Below are positions 1 to 10,451 of a stretch of 64,000 bases of DNA, piece by piece (position 1 is the first letter of the stretch; each line of letters starts with the position of its first letter). This DNA is from Eremomyces bilateralis CBS 781.70 (Eukaryota): the NCBI GenBank assembly GCA_010015585.1, contig ML975186.1, one strand, 5' to 3'. The notes beneath the pieces are model-generated. The model saw only the letters and a list, made by a program, of their open reading frames with translations. It searched no databases and was not told the origin of the DNA. The position numbers and the translations under genes are program-made.

Positions 1-284
1 CTGGTTCTTCTATTTCTAGGTTCTAGCTTGTTTCGGCCGATTTCCGAAGTTGGCAGCATGAGCGAGCGTCTTTCAGAAAAGGAATGAGCAATTCAAATTG
101 TCAAGGGCCCAAACCACGAAGGATTTGGTAAGCTGGTAACGCTGTTGAATTGCTAAAGAGAGAAGGAGAAGATCTCTCTCACTGCGATCTGCTATTTACA
201 TCTGTGGGCAAACGGTCTACCCATCCCTTCTGCCTTAGGCCGCAAGGCCACAACACACAGACTGGGCAAAGCCCAAGACTGTCA

Positions 285-458
285 CAACAACTTGTAATTG
301 TATGACCACGTGTATGACGACTTGTACACTGGCATCGACAATGACCCATATGACGACTTGTATGATCGCCCGTACATCGACTTGCACGACGACTTGTATT
401 TCAACTGTATGACAACTTGTACCACACACTTGGAGGACGACTTGTAGGACGACTTGCA
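285..458. repeat. Degenerate ~12-bp minisatellite, core GACGACTTGTA
   Basis: Core or 1-mismatch variants start at 316, 352, 388, 411, 436 and 448, with degenerate copies between. Explains the VVxQ/KSSY periodic ORFs 235..477 and 282..584. Confidence 0.8.
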
Positions 459-2701
459 AAACTTTCTTATGTTGCAATATCTAGTAAAGATACGACAACT
501 CCCTTCTTTTGCTCGTCGATGCAAGCTCAAGATTTTTAAGATTTGATATTGGCACCATCGAATCAAGAGTAAATTATTCCTCAAACTTCAAGATGAGCAA
601 GGGCATCAACTGAGACTAACGCAGACCTTCCACCATCCAGTGGACCCGGCCACCTCCCTCATCCATAGCTTCCAAGAAGCTTGTTGCATTGATCAAGAGT
701 CTTCAAACCGCACTTCAAATCATCGCTCAGAATTTGAGCCTTGGCAATGGGCTGGCCAGAGCATGGGCTAGCGGGATGCAATCAAAAAATCCACCAATTC
801 CCCCGGCCCAAGGCTTGAACACAGCCGGCGTGGCTTCACTTGGATCACCTTTCTCCGCCCTCCAATGCACTTCCCGCCCTTATCCTATTCCCTTCGCATG
901 GCCACCTCCCCATCTATTCACTTGATCGACTATGACGAGGGGAAAGAATATAAGCCGCCATAGGTCGACTGCGAGCTCGGGTACCGACATCTAGCGCTCT
1001 ACAGATACCGTCAAACGCTCTTCGCTGGCGAGAAGCGTGATCGAGCTATGCCTATAAAGGTCGCTACGGATGAAGTGCGTACTATCTCTCATTTATATGT
1101 TAATATATTCCGGGAGACGAGTGCACCGATGCAACCGATCCGCTAGTTGCTTCATTGTCACTTGTCCTGGTATTGTTATCATCGCCTGGTAGATATGCAG
1201 CAGAATAACATTTCTTAGTCCCCCACTGCTTATTCAGTTCTTGCTTCACAATCAGATTCGAAATGTAATAAACATCCATCATGGAGTAGTCTCATGTGGG
1301 ACGATTGCATAGATTCGAAGCGCAACCAGCATCCATAACTGTGGGGTTCACTCATGTGAGGCGATAGGATAGTTTTCGTTAAGGCAGGCGCTGGATTCCC
1401 ATTGCATGTTTGTTTGCATGCATGGATAGGTGTCGGTCATATTCCGAATATCATTGGAACTTTCTGCAAACTGCACCAAGAGGCAAGAGCCATCCTGCAC
1501 ATCCAAAATCATCAAGGCTCTAGAAAACTTGCAGGCAGGAAATGCTTTGTGATCAGGCTTTCGGTTGGACACAACGAATCAACGATATATTCATTTCTAG
1601 GCGCGAGCTCCACACCGTACTATTGAGGGAAGATGGACTAAATGGCAGGTTGATGCAGCTGTACTGTTCAGTGAGCTGATCGTCAATGCCACATCATTGC
1701 AACTCAATGGATCAATCTTAGAGCCGGGGAGGGAGAACATATAGGAGGTGGAAAGGAGTCAATCATTCCCGAATGACGACAACATATATGGGAAATACTG
1801 ATGTTGAGTATGTTTTATATTGGTGGAAGTATATCTCTCTCATATAACTATAAGTACCTCACAATATTCAAGGGATGAAAATACTGAACGCTCGACTGGA
1901 GCAAAGTCAGGAAAGTGGGCGAAATGCCATACGAAGCTGACCTGATGTACGAAGAAGTGCTAACAACCGATACAGACACAGCTGCCAGAGAACAGGGGGG
2001 ACTCTCGTGTCTTCCGCGCACAACTCACCGAATAGGGTGCCGTTGAATTTGAGTACCACGAACAGCATGGTTGGTCCCTTTGGCTCATATTGCCCAGAAT
2101 AGGTATCCCTGTGAACAATAATAACGAGTTGTGAATATGGCATCTATTGGTTCTTCACTCTCATAAACGGAAGGTCATCCACACACAAAGTTCGTATAAC
2201 GCCGAGTATATCAAGCTCGGTGGTATTAGTTGTATTTGACAAACCGGAATCCACTCGTGGTGCTCCGAATTATATTAGGGTGTGCCAAGTCCTCTTATTT
2301 CCAGTCTCTAAGTCGAAGAACATGTGACTCATGCTCAGAGTACTCTTCGCAACACTCTTCGCAAAATTCTTCCATTGGAATGCCTCGACTTTGAGGAGGC
2401 ACTAAACCGCCTGCCCGCGGCGAATAACAAACACCAGGGACATGTATAGGTGTCATATAAACAAATCTGCAACAGCTGCATGTACGCGATGGATATCAGG
2501 ACACCATAGTTTCATCTGACTTCAAACAGGTCGCTTGAAATCAAACATGTAGGATTGGCTTAGCTAGTTTATGTACAAACTAGGCAGCAAGCCAGTGCAG
2601 CGGCAGCACATCCTTTGCAACTGAACTTGAACGGCAGCTGAGACATGCTATGGATCGTTTTGTATTTCAACTATGGATAGGATAGTCTGGCGCCAATTCA
2701 G

Positions 2702-4903
2702 TCACTCCAGTACATATAGAATCGCAAGAACAAATGTCAAAATGGTTCCAATCGACGGCATTCCAGGCTTTGAAGCAGCACTCGCCGGCTTCTTCGTCTT
2801 GATTGGTGCTCTCCACTTCCGGTCCCTACAACTCCTGGGCTACTGCTCAAGCGACCGCCAATGCCACTCAGAACATAATCTCCAACCCCGGTCGTTTGGG
2901 TCGCTCCGGATGTTGTTCCCAGCACTGACGTCCTCCCTGCGACGATAATAGTGCCGCTTGTTCCAATTGATATGACAGTGCCATCGATGGCAATGACCGC
3001 ACCAGGCTTCAACGTGCTTGATCCGATCACAATATCACCATTGGATAGAGATAGCACAGTAGAAGGGCCGATGGTGATCGAACCCGGCATTGGGTTCGAA
3101 AGGACAGTGGTATTCCCGCCGATGATGATAGTTCCGCTCGTGCCGATTGATAATGTAGTTCCCGCGATCGTAGTGACTGCCCCGGGGGGGAAGAGTTTTG
3201 GTTCCAAGGAATATTCTACCATTGGATCTGGACAGGGTCGAGGATAGGATCGAAGGCCCAACGGTAATTGCGGGACCTTGATGGGTCACTGGGCCAGGAG
3301 GAGTGAGTGTGGTGGAGGAACCACCGATGACTAGCACCTGCGGGTGACCATCTTCAGGATTTCCTCCCGGTGAGTTTGAACCGGAACCAGATTGTCCATT
3401 GCCTGCCTGTCCTAGAGATGGGTCTATTGTGGGGAGACTAATAGCAACATCATTAAAAGTCACAGTTTGCCCCAGCGAAACCGTTTGGCCGCCAACGATA
3501 GCACCGCCTGGGATAGGGATGTATCCCACTGGCTGACCGTTAATGGTGATAATGTCATGCTCACCAATGGAATCCACCCCAGAGCTTACTCCTGTATTGG
3601 AGCCAGCCCCACCAGGCATTCCCCCTAGTAATCCACCAATGCCGTCGCCGACAGATTTGCCTGAATCAACCTGGCCGCTGGGAGAGGTGTTCGAGGCGCC
3701 ACCGCTATTGCCTCCGCCAGAGCTAGAATCCCCGCCCAAGATGCGACCGATTTCCCCACCGACGTTTTTTCCATTTTGGACCGCGTTTACGTTACCGTTG
3801 TTGGATCCAGAGCCAGATCCACCATTTCCTCCCTGAGAAACTCCCCCATTTGTATTGTACCCCTGCTGCTGCGGTCCTTGGTTCCATTTCCTCCTCCAAT
3901 TCCTCCCTCCCAGTTGTTTCCGTTCCAACAATCGTTACCATCTCCACTGCCTCCAGCAAATGGCACACCCGAACCAGTGCCCCCTTTCGAATGCTCGCGG
4001 ATCACATCTGGTTCAGCCATGTTGGTCTGAACACTGACGCTGGTATGGTAAATCACATTCGTGGGCTGATGGACGAAAAATTCCTCGGGGGATTTAAGTG
4101 AGCAATTGGCGATATCGACACCTGGCGCAAGCGTTATTTGAGCTGAGGCGGGATAGTATCGAGCTCGCTGCGATATTGCTGACCGACTCGCCTGGCTGTA
4201 GAACTCCGATTGAGCCGTTGCGTTCTCTGTGGGACTTCCAGGAGGAATGGGGATGACGAAAGAAGGAAGACCAGTGGACAAAATCGTGATATCGGCATTT
4301 TTGCTGAAAGCGCATGTGCTTGGGTTTGGAGTGACACTTGACACGGTCCTGCCAGTCGTCGCCAAGAACTGTGTAAAGGCAATGTATTTCGTCGGCCAAG
4401 TAAAGATATTCTCCAATGTCACCCAAGTAAGAGGGTCGGTTGGAGGAATCGTTGCGTCCACCGGAAGAGTCTGGTTTAGGCCCTTAAGGGCGGTCAGTAT
4501 TCTCAGAAACCATGTAGGTAAGGATTCCTACCAGATATGTCACCGTGTGATAGGATATTTCGTTGCTTCCATCATCATATATCGTCACGTGAGGAAAAAT
4601 AGACTCAGTCACGCTGTATTTGTATTCAATCACCTCCACAGTTCCAGGGTATTGCAGTAGCCAAATCAGAGGCTTAACAATGCACTTCTGGCATAAATTG
4701 CCTTTTGTCGGCGTTGGCGGAGCAGTTGGAGCAGGAATGTACCATTAGGCCATGATATCGTCTCTGGAGAATGTTAGATGTGTAGTATTCAATGGAAAAT
4801 AGAATTCATACTCGACGGAATAGCAGTCGTCAGATTGATAGCGTTGGTGAAGGGAACAGTTAGGAGAGCGATAATGCATGAGAATATTAGTTATACGCTC
4901 CAT
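2702..4903 (-). pseudogene. Disrupted secreted Gly/Ser/Thr-rich, probably GPI-anchored cell-wall protein
   Basis: Signal-like LIFSCIIALLTVPFTNA (~4890-4840). Introns 4811-4764 (GTATGA..CTAAC..CAG) and 4531-4483 (GTAGGA..CTGAC..AAG). Body is split across ORFs 3787..4461, 3035..3931 and 2737..3261. A shifted frame gives a hydrophobic tail SAASKPGMPSIGTILTFVLAILYVLE* ending at 2702. About 5 frame disruptions. Confidence 0.7.
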
Positions 4904-4907
4904 CGCT

Positions 4908-4933
4908 AAGTTAGTTAACTAGTTAACTAACTT
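4908..4933. repeat. Perfect 26-bp palindrome AAGTTAGTTAACT-AGTTAACTAACTT
   Basis: Read directly; the right half is the exact reverse complement of the left half. Confidence 0.95.
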
Positions 4934-6271
4934 GACGCTTATTCGAACTAACAGGTGAAGTCAGGACTCGCTGCACCAAGGCCTTGTAATATTATATCAC
5001 ACACCATGGCAAATGGAACTGAAAACGATGGAAGAGAACTTCGGTATATCGGAGAAACGAAAGGCCCAACTAAACTGGTCAACTCTGCTGTCACAGTCCA
5101 AAGACAGAAGAAAACTGCTAGAAAACTGCCAGAAGTCTAGACCAAATGATCGACATGATATAAGGCTGGACATGGGGTCAGATAACTACCCTGAATCGAT
5201 TTGTTTACGAACCAACCGTAGAACCTGCGATTGTCCTGTTCAAATCGCATCCCTCCGCTGTGAAAGGCATGGCAAAAGAAACACCATGAGACAAATCCAG
5301 TGGCGATCGTGGCTGGCTGCTATGCACCCAATGCCCAATGATGTTGATATGCCTATTTTATTTACGTAGTAATACTCACCAATAGGATTCCAATGCATAC
5401 ATTCATGCAGGTTACCCATGATTTTTGCCCTAGCAGACAATTCATAGAAAATGGATATCGGAGACTTCTAGTAGGTGAGGCTTCTACAAACATCAACAGA
5501 TAACTTCACCGCGTCTGGCAGTGATCAATCTAGCTGTTCCACATGATATACTCACCCAATGATGAAATTATACTAGCTTATGAGTAGTCTCCACGATAGC
5601 ACCTCCTGAGACACGATGCAAAGATTTGGTTGCGTTTGACGAAGGAAAAAAGAGAACGGCTCACAGCTCCAAGTTGTTTTTCCCATATGATGGTCCGGCA
5701 TAGGATGGACTGAGTTTATCCGTGTTCCTTCATGCGACATGATTGACGGTTTAGAAGGTCAGGTAGTCCAATCGCTTTCTGCGAACTCGGCGAGCTGAAC
5801 GGACGCGAAACTTTCCACTCAGCTCGTATTTGGTTTGGCCAATCAAAATCGTTGTTGCACAGCATCAGGGGAATGTTGAGTGCACTCGGCTGGCTGCGAA
5901 GTATTAATAACTAGGAAATGAAATGACAGACCACCCTTATCAACGGAAGCAAGGGTAACGGGCAGACGGATGTAATATTGTGATGGCGAAGTACTCCGTA
6001 GATGAGCAATATTCCAATCGAGACGATGATGAGCACGACGGTCTGGTTTGTAGGTAGAGCAGTTTAGTGCCTTAGGCTCTAAGGCATCAAATGTGCTCAA
6101 GATTTGTTCACTGTTTAAGTTCAGTTTGAATAGAATGAAGTCTGCTTGACATACCTTCAGGTACGTACCGGTAGGAAAGCCATCAGTTTTCTTTTACACC
6201 TTTTTCTCCTCTTAAGGATATTCTATAGTCCATTGCTACATGGCATAGTTTTGACCGCATCAACAATAGTC

Positions 6272-7572
6272 ATGGGCTCCAAAGCCGAGTAGGTCAACAT
6301 TCAAACCACCGAAAGTGCCGAGCTAAAAGACCATAGACGGGTCCAAGAAGCTGTCAGAGAGGCGATCGTCGAATACCAAGAATTGAATGATTCAAATGTA
6401 CAGGTTGTTGGCGAGGAGCCCAGCCCGCTGGAGTTCATGCGACTCGTTGCCCTGAATCGTCCATGTCTCATCAAGAAAGGGGCAAGAAATTGGACTGCAG
6501 TGCGGAAATGGAACAGCAAATACCTTTCCAATGTAATGAGAGATGAGGAAGTCGAGGTTGCGGTCTCTCCATTAGGGTAAACTGGCAACGATTACGATTA
6601 ATATCATCTTCCTTGAAGTCTCACTGAAACAATCTGCTTCAGGAACGCAGATGCGCCTGTCAAGACCGAGAATGGTGACTATTGGTTCGTTAAACCATTG
6701 GACAAAACCATCAATTTTGTCGCAGCTGTAGAACATATAAAGATGGAGGAGGCATCGGCAGAGCAAGGTATGCTTATTTGGAAGCACCATATCCCAACAC
6801 TGACAACGGCGCAGGTCCACATGTTCAGTATTGCCAATCTCGTAGGTTCGAAAGAGTGCCCATCATTATCCTTTTATCCAGCTAACCAAAAGAAAGAAAA
6901 TGATAACATGAGGAACGAATACTCGCCTCTCCTCGATGACATCCCCCGGGACATACCGTGGGCGAGAATCGCCCTTGAAAAAACCCCTGACGCCATAAAT
7001 TTTTGGCTGGGTCACTCGAAGAGCACCACGTCGCTCCATAAGGACAATTACGAGAATGTATATGTTCAGGTTGTCGGATCCAAAACATTTACTATCTTAC
7101 CTCCCGTGGAGACAGCCTGCGTCAATGAACAGATGCTACCGACGGCAACCTATGTGGAGGACAGTGAAGGAAGACTCGTTCCAACCTTGGATGATGACCC
7201 CAGCCCACGACCGTTTCCGCTCTGGGATCCCGACCAGCCTGAGGAGAATGCGTCGCCTCTGTCAAAATATGCCAGACCGATAGTGGTGACGCTAGAGCCG
7301 GGGGACATGTTCTATCTACCCTCAATGTGGTGGCATAAAGTCGCCCAGAAGTGCGGAGAAGAAGGCATATGTGTTGCGGTGAACTACTGGTAAGCTCAAA
7401 TTAAATTCAGCTGCTTCTGGCCGTATATAAAGCTAACACTCGCTGCAGGTATGACATGAACTTCAATGGTTCGTTGTACAGCCTTGAGAAGATGGCGCAG
7501 GGTGTTTCCTGGGCATTGTTCCAGGAAGAGGGAGACCAACGGAGGGAACATGGGGAGAAACAAGAATTGTGA
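6272..7572 (+). CDS. JmjC (cupin-like) Fe/2-oxoglutarate oxygenase, JMJD7-like
   Basis: ATG 6272; five short GT-AG introns join ORFs 6383..6580 and 6698..7393 with terminal exons. Motifs AINFWLG, TSLHKDNYENVY (HxD), LEPGDMFYLPSMWWHKV (distal His), AVNYW-YDM. TGA at 7570-7572. Confidence 0.88.
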
Positions 7573-7726
7573 TAGATCGGGTAAGGTAATGGAAACATAT
7601 TTCGCACAAGTCACAATCTTCTTCAACTCTCCCAAACAACAAAGCGGGGGGTATCGTATCCTAGCCCAGTATCCTAGCCTAGACTCTTCGACCATTTGCG
7701 ACCAGACTCCAGCGCAAGCAACGAGC

Positions 7727-9691
7727 TCAATGTTTCCGTTTTACATTGTGCACCTTTACACCCCATCCCCTCACACTACTCCACACGCTGTCGCTTACGC
7801 TGGGAGGCAGCTTCCTACCTTTCAACCGCTGATCCACGAGCCACATGCCGACAACGAACTCCTCTCTTGTCAGGCACCCAATTTGCCTGCTATCCACAAG
7901 CTCCCAAACTTCTGCCAGCACATCGGCAGGAAGCCGACTCCGACCCCAGATCTCTCTCACCGCCACATTTAGCACCTCGTTCTCCGGCCCATTGATTCCG
8001 GTGATATTCTTCTGCACTCCGCCGCCCGAACCATGGGAGTTCAGCACCTGACTTCCTTTATTTGCGGCCCAGACGCCCTCGTACCGCTTCCTCTCGCGTT
8101 CCATGACCTGGTCTCGCCACCGCTTTCGGCTTCCCTCGTGGTGTTTATTCGGATGCTTCCGCACAAAATGTCTCCGTCCACGACCATGCTTGCCCCGCCC
8201 TTCCTCGTCAGAATCGGAGCTTCCTGCGGACGAAGGGCCGCGGCGCATAGTACTACGCAGCTTTGTCTGCGTAGGACGCTCAGGTGAGGGATTGCGAGAT
8301 TTATGGCGAGGGAAGGGGAAATGATGATTGTGGTTGTTGTGCCGCCGAGGAAGCGGAGGTGGGGGGGACGAAGATGGTGTGGGGTTGCGCGATGCAGCAA
8401 CAGCAGCGCCGACCATTGCGTTTGCTAGCGATGAAACATTGGGTTTTTGATTCGGTGGCCTTTGGCTATGAATAGAACGAGGTGATGGTGAGATTGGACC
8501 AGCTCGTTTCGTGGGTTCTACCATTGGTGTTCGTGGTCCGGTCTGTAAACCAATTGCTCCAGGCGACAGGTTTGTAGATGGGTCATCTTTTACAATGTTC
8601 CGAACGACCTCATTAGGTGGCGAGACCTTTTTGGCGGTGCGTCGGGGTGGTGGCAGATCAGGTTTCGCTTGGGACTCGATATGTAGTGATTGTCTTGGTT
8701 GTTTTGGCGTAATTGGCCTCTCTACAGGCGGTTTCGTTATTGTGGGAGGTTTCTGGCCGACCTCTGGTTTAGGCGAACTCGTCTCATTGCCACTCACTTT
8801 CGATGTTGTTGCCAGCTCTTGAGAAACGTGTGTCGAGGGCTTCCGTGGCGGTTTCGGCACCTCTTTCAGGATAGCGGTCCCTGCATCTATTTCTGAATGG
8901 ATATCATCCATAGCACGTACTCCAGTCTGATCTTCGATAAGAGCTATCTTCCTTTGCGGCTTCGGTGATCGGAGCGGAGGACGGGCGCCGTGCGACTCAA
9001 GCGGCGGAACAGACCTCGTGCCATCATTGTTCCGCCCTATCATCGTCGCGCGCGGCCGTTCGCGAGAGCTAGGCGAGGAAATACCCCCCGTGTTATCTTT
9101 CCTCCTGTCCTGGGCGATTGCCCGGCTCGACCCAGCCACGTCCGATCCATCGTCGAACTGTGATCTAATGTTTCTCACGGTCCCCGGCTTAGCCATACGA
9201 TCTTGCGCAGGCCCTTGGGAGGCGGAACTTCGCGTCGATGCATCTCCCGAGGGCTTGGGAGTATGTCTCGCTGCCGCGAGGACGGCTGCGATATTCGAGG
9301 GAGATGTTGACCTCGATGTAGCCATGTGGGGAACTTCTAGCACCGGTCGATTACTCATTACACTCCATGATGGCGAGGATGGCCCAGATCGGTCGCTTAG
9401 GCTGCTTTGATGCTCTAGGTGATCCATATCGTCGTCGGTCATGGAGGGCGTCGAGATCCGACGAAGATGGCCATTGCTGGCTCTGTCACGCCCAGCCTTT
9501 GTTGCCCCAGCCAGAGCACGGCTATCTCCAGTATTATTATTGACAAGAGGATTCGTCCGGCCGGGGGACCTTGAGAACGCAGAGGCGGCTCCGATCAAAG
9601 CAGCGTCTCGGACATTATAGAGGGGGGGATGATCCGTTGTAGCACGGCGGCTGGAGACCGAGCTGGATCGCGTGCGTGCTTCGTTGTTCAT
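7727..9691 (-). CDS. IRS4: Irs4/Tax4-like protein with C-terminal EH domain
   Basis: Long Ser/Pro/Arg-rich N-terminus, then KHHEGSRKRWRD..ERKRYEGVWAANKG and EH-like IWGRSRLPADVLAEVWELVD..EEFVVGMWLVDQRLKGRKLP. First ATG at 9691. Confidence 0.82.
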   Translation of the reverse strand: MNNEARTRSSSVSSRRATTDHPPLYNVRDAALIGAASAFSRSPGRTNPLVNNNTGDSRALAGATKAGRDRASNGHLRRISTPSMTDDDMDHLEHQSSLSDRSGPSSPSWSVMSNRPVLEVPHMATSRSTSPSNIAAVLAAARHTPKPSGDASTRSSASQGPAQDRMAKPGTVRNIRSQFDDGSDVAGSSRAIAQDRRKDNTGGISSPSSRERPRATMIGRNNDGTRSVPPLESHGARPPLRSPKPQRKIALIEDQTGVRAMDDIHSEIDAGTAILKEVPKPPRKPSTHVSQELATTSKVSGNETSSPKPEVGQKPPTITKPPVERPITPKQPRQSLHIESQAKPDLPPPRRTAKKVSPPNEVVRNIVKDDPSTNLSPGAIGLQTGPRTPMVEPTKRAGPISPSPRSIHSQRPPNQKPNVSSLANAMVGAAVAASRNPTPSSSPPPPLPRRHNNHNHHFPFPRHKSRNPSPERPTQTKLRSTMRRGPSSAGSSDSDEEGRGKHGRGRRHFVRKHPNKHHEGSRKRWRDQVMERERKRYEGVWAANKGSQVLNSHGSGGGVQKNITGINGPENEVLNVAVREIWGRSRLPADVLAEVWELVDSRQIGCLTREEFVVGMWLVDQRLKGRKLPPSVSDSVWSSVRGWGVKVHNVKRKH

Positions 9692-10451
9692 AGAGCCATG
9701 AGGTGTGGAACCAGTCACAAGGCAAGGGACGGGTTGGTAATACTGACATTAAGGATGTGGCCGTCAAGCTGATGTCAACTCAGGATGTCGGTTGCCTCGT
9801 CCCGTCGTCCGGTTCGACCCTCGAGCTCCTGAACTGCGTCACAGGCGCAGGTGGTTGGGCGAGGGTGGCGGTGCAAGTGGCGGTGCAAGAGCGTATCCAA
9901 GGCGTGCCAAGGCTCCCAGCCTCGCCCCCAGTCACCTGACTCTACGGAAGACACTGGATGGAGTGCAGCGATTTGGGTTCTATAGCAATTTGTTCTGTTC
10001 AAGTCCTGTTCCGCTGAAGATTTGCTCCATCTGATCACTTTGTGCCTAGTGCCGTGGCATTCAAATTTTCTGTTACATGTTACTGTGCTCAGCTTGAGTG
10101 TTACAAGCAAGCCCCTCAAGCCTTCCTCAGCCCCCCTCCTACCTGTCCGGGAACCATGCCCGGCTGGATGCTGAGTGTATCCCTCCCTGTTTCTCCTGGT
10201 CACATGTTCACCGTTGGTCCAACCCAATGTCGGACGAGATGGAAAGTTGAATCGGAAATATCAACAATATGGCTCTGAATTTTCACTGTTTGCGTTCCTC
10301 CAATACATAGGTAGTGCCCGAATACATATACATTGATGTCAGTGCTCTCATCGGCGTTATACAAATGCCCTTCAGTGGACTGCATACAGGCATGTGTTCG
10401 AACCCCTGCTGTCCTTGCTGCTCTCTGGAGATAGAGCATGGGGAGGATGAC

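Noticed and set aside
285..458. CRISPR-like repeat-spacer look of the 36-bp periodicity
   Set aside because: Core is only 11 bp, the intervening sequences are degenerate copies of it, spacing is irregular, context is eukaryotic and no cas genes are present.
235..584. ORFs 235..477 and 282..584 as genes
   Set aside because: Their periodic peptides are by-products of the minisatellite.
964..985. SalI-SacI-KpnI sites resembling a cloning polylinker
   Set aside because: Order and spacing differ from the pUC MCS and no vector-like sequence flanks it; probably chance.
1000..2650. Short ORFs in this intergenic stretch (also 4955-6100)
   Set aside because: No motifs or convincing exon chain found by eye; decayed genes cannot be excluded without BLASTX.
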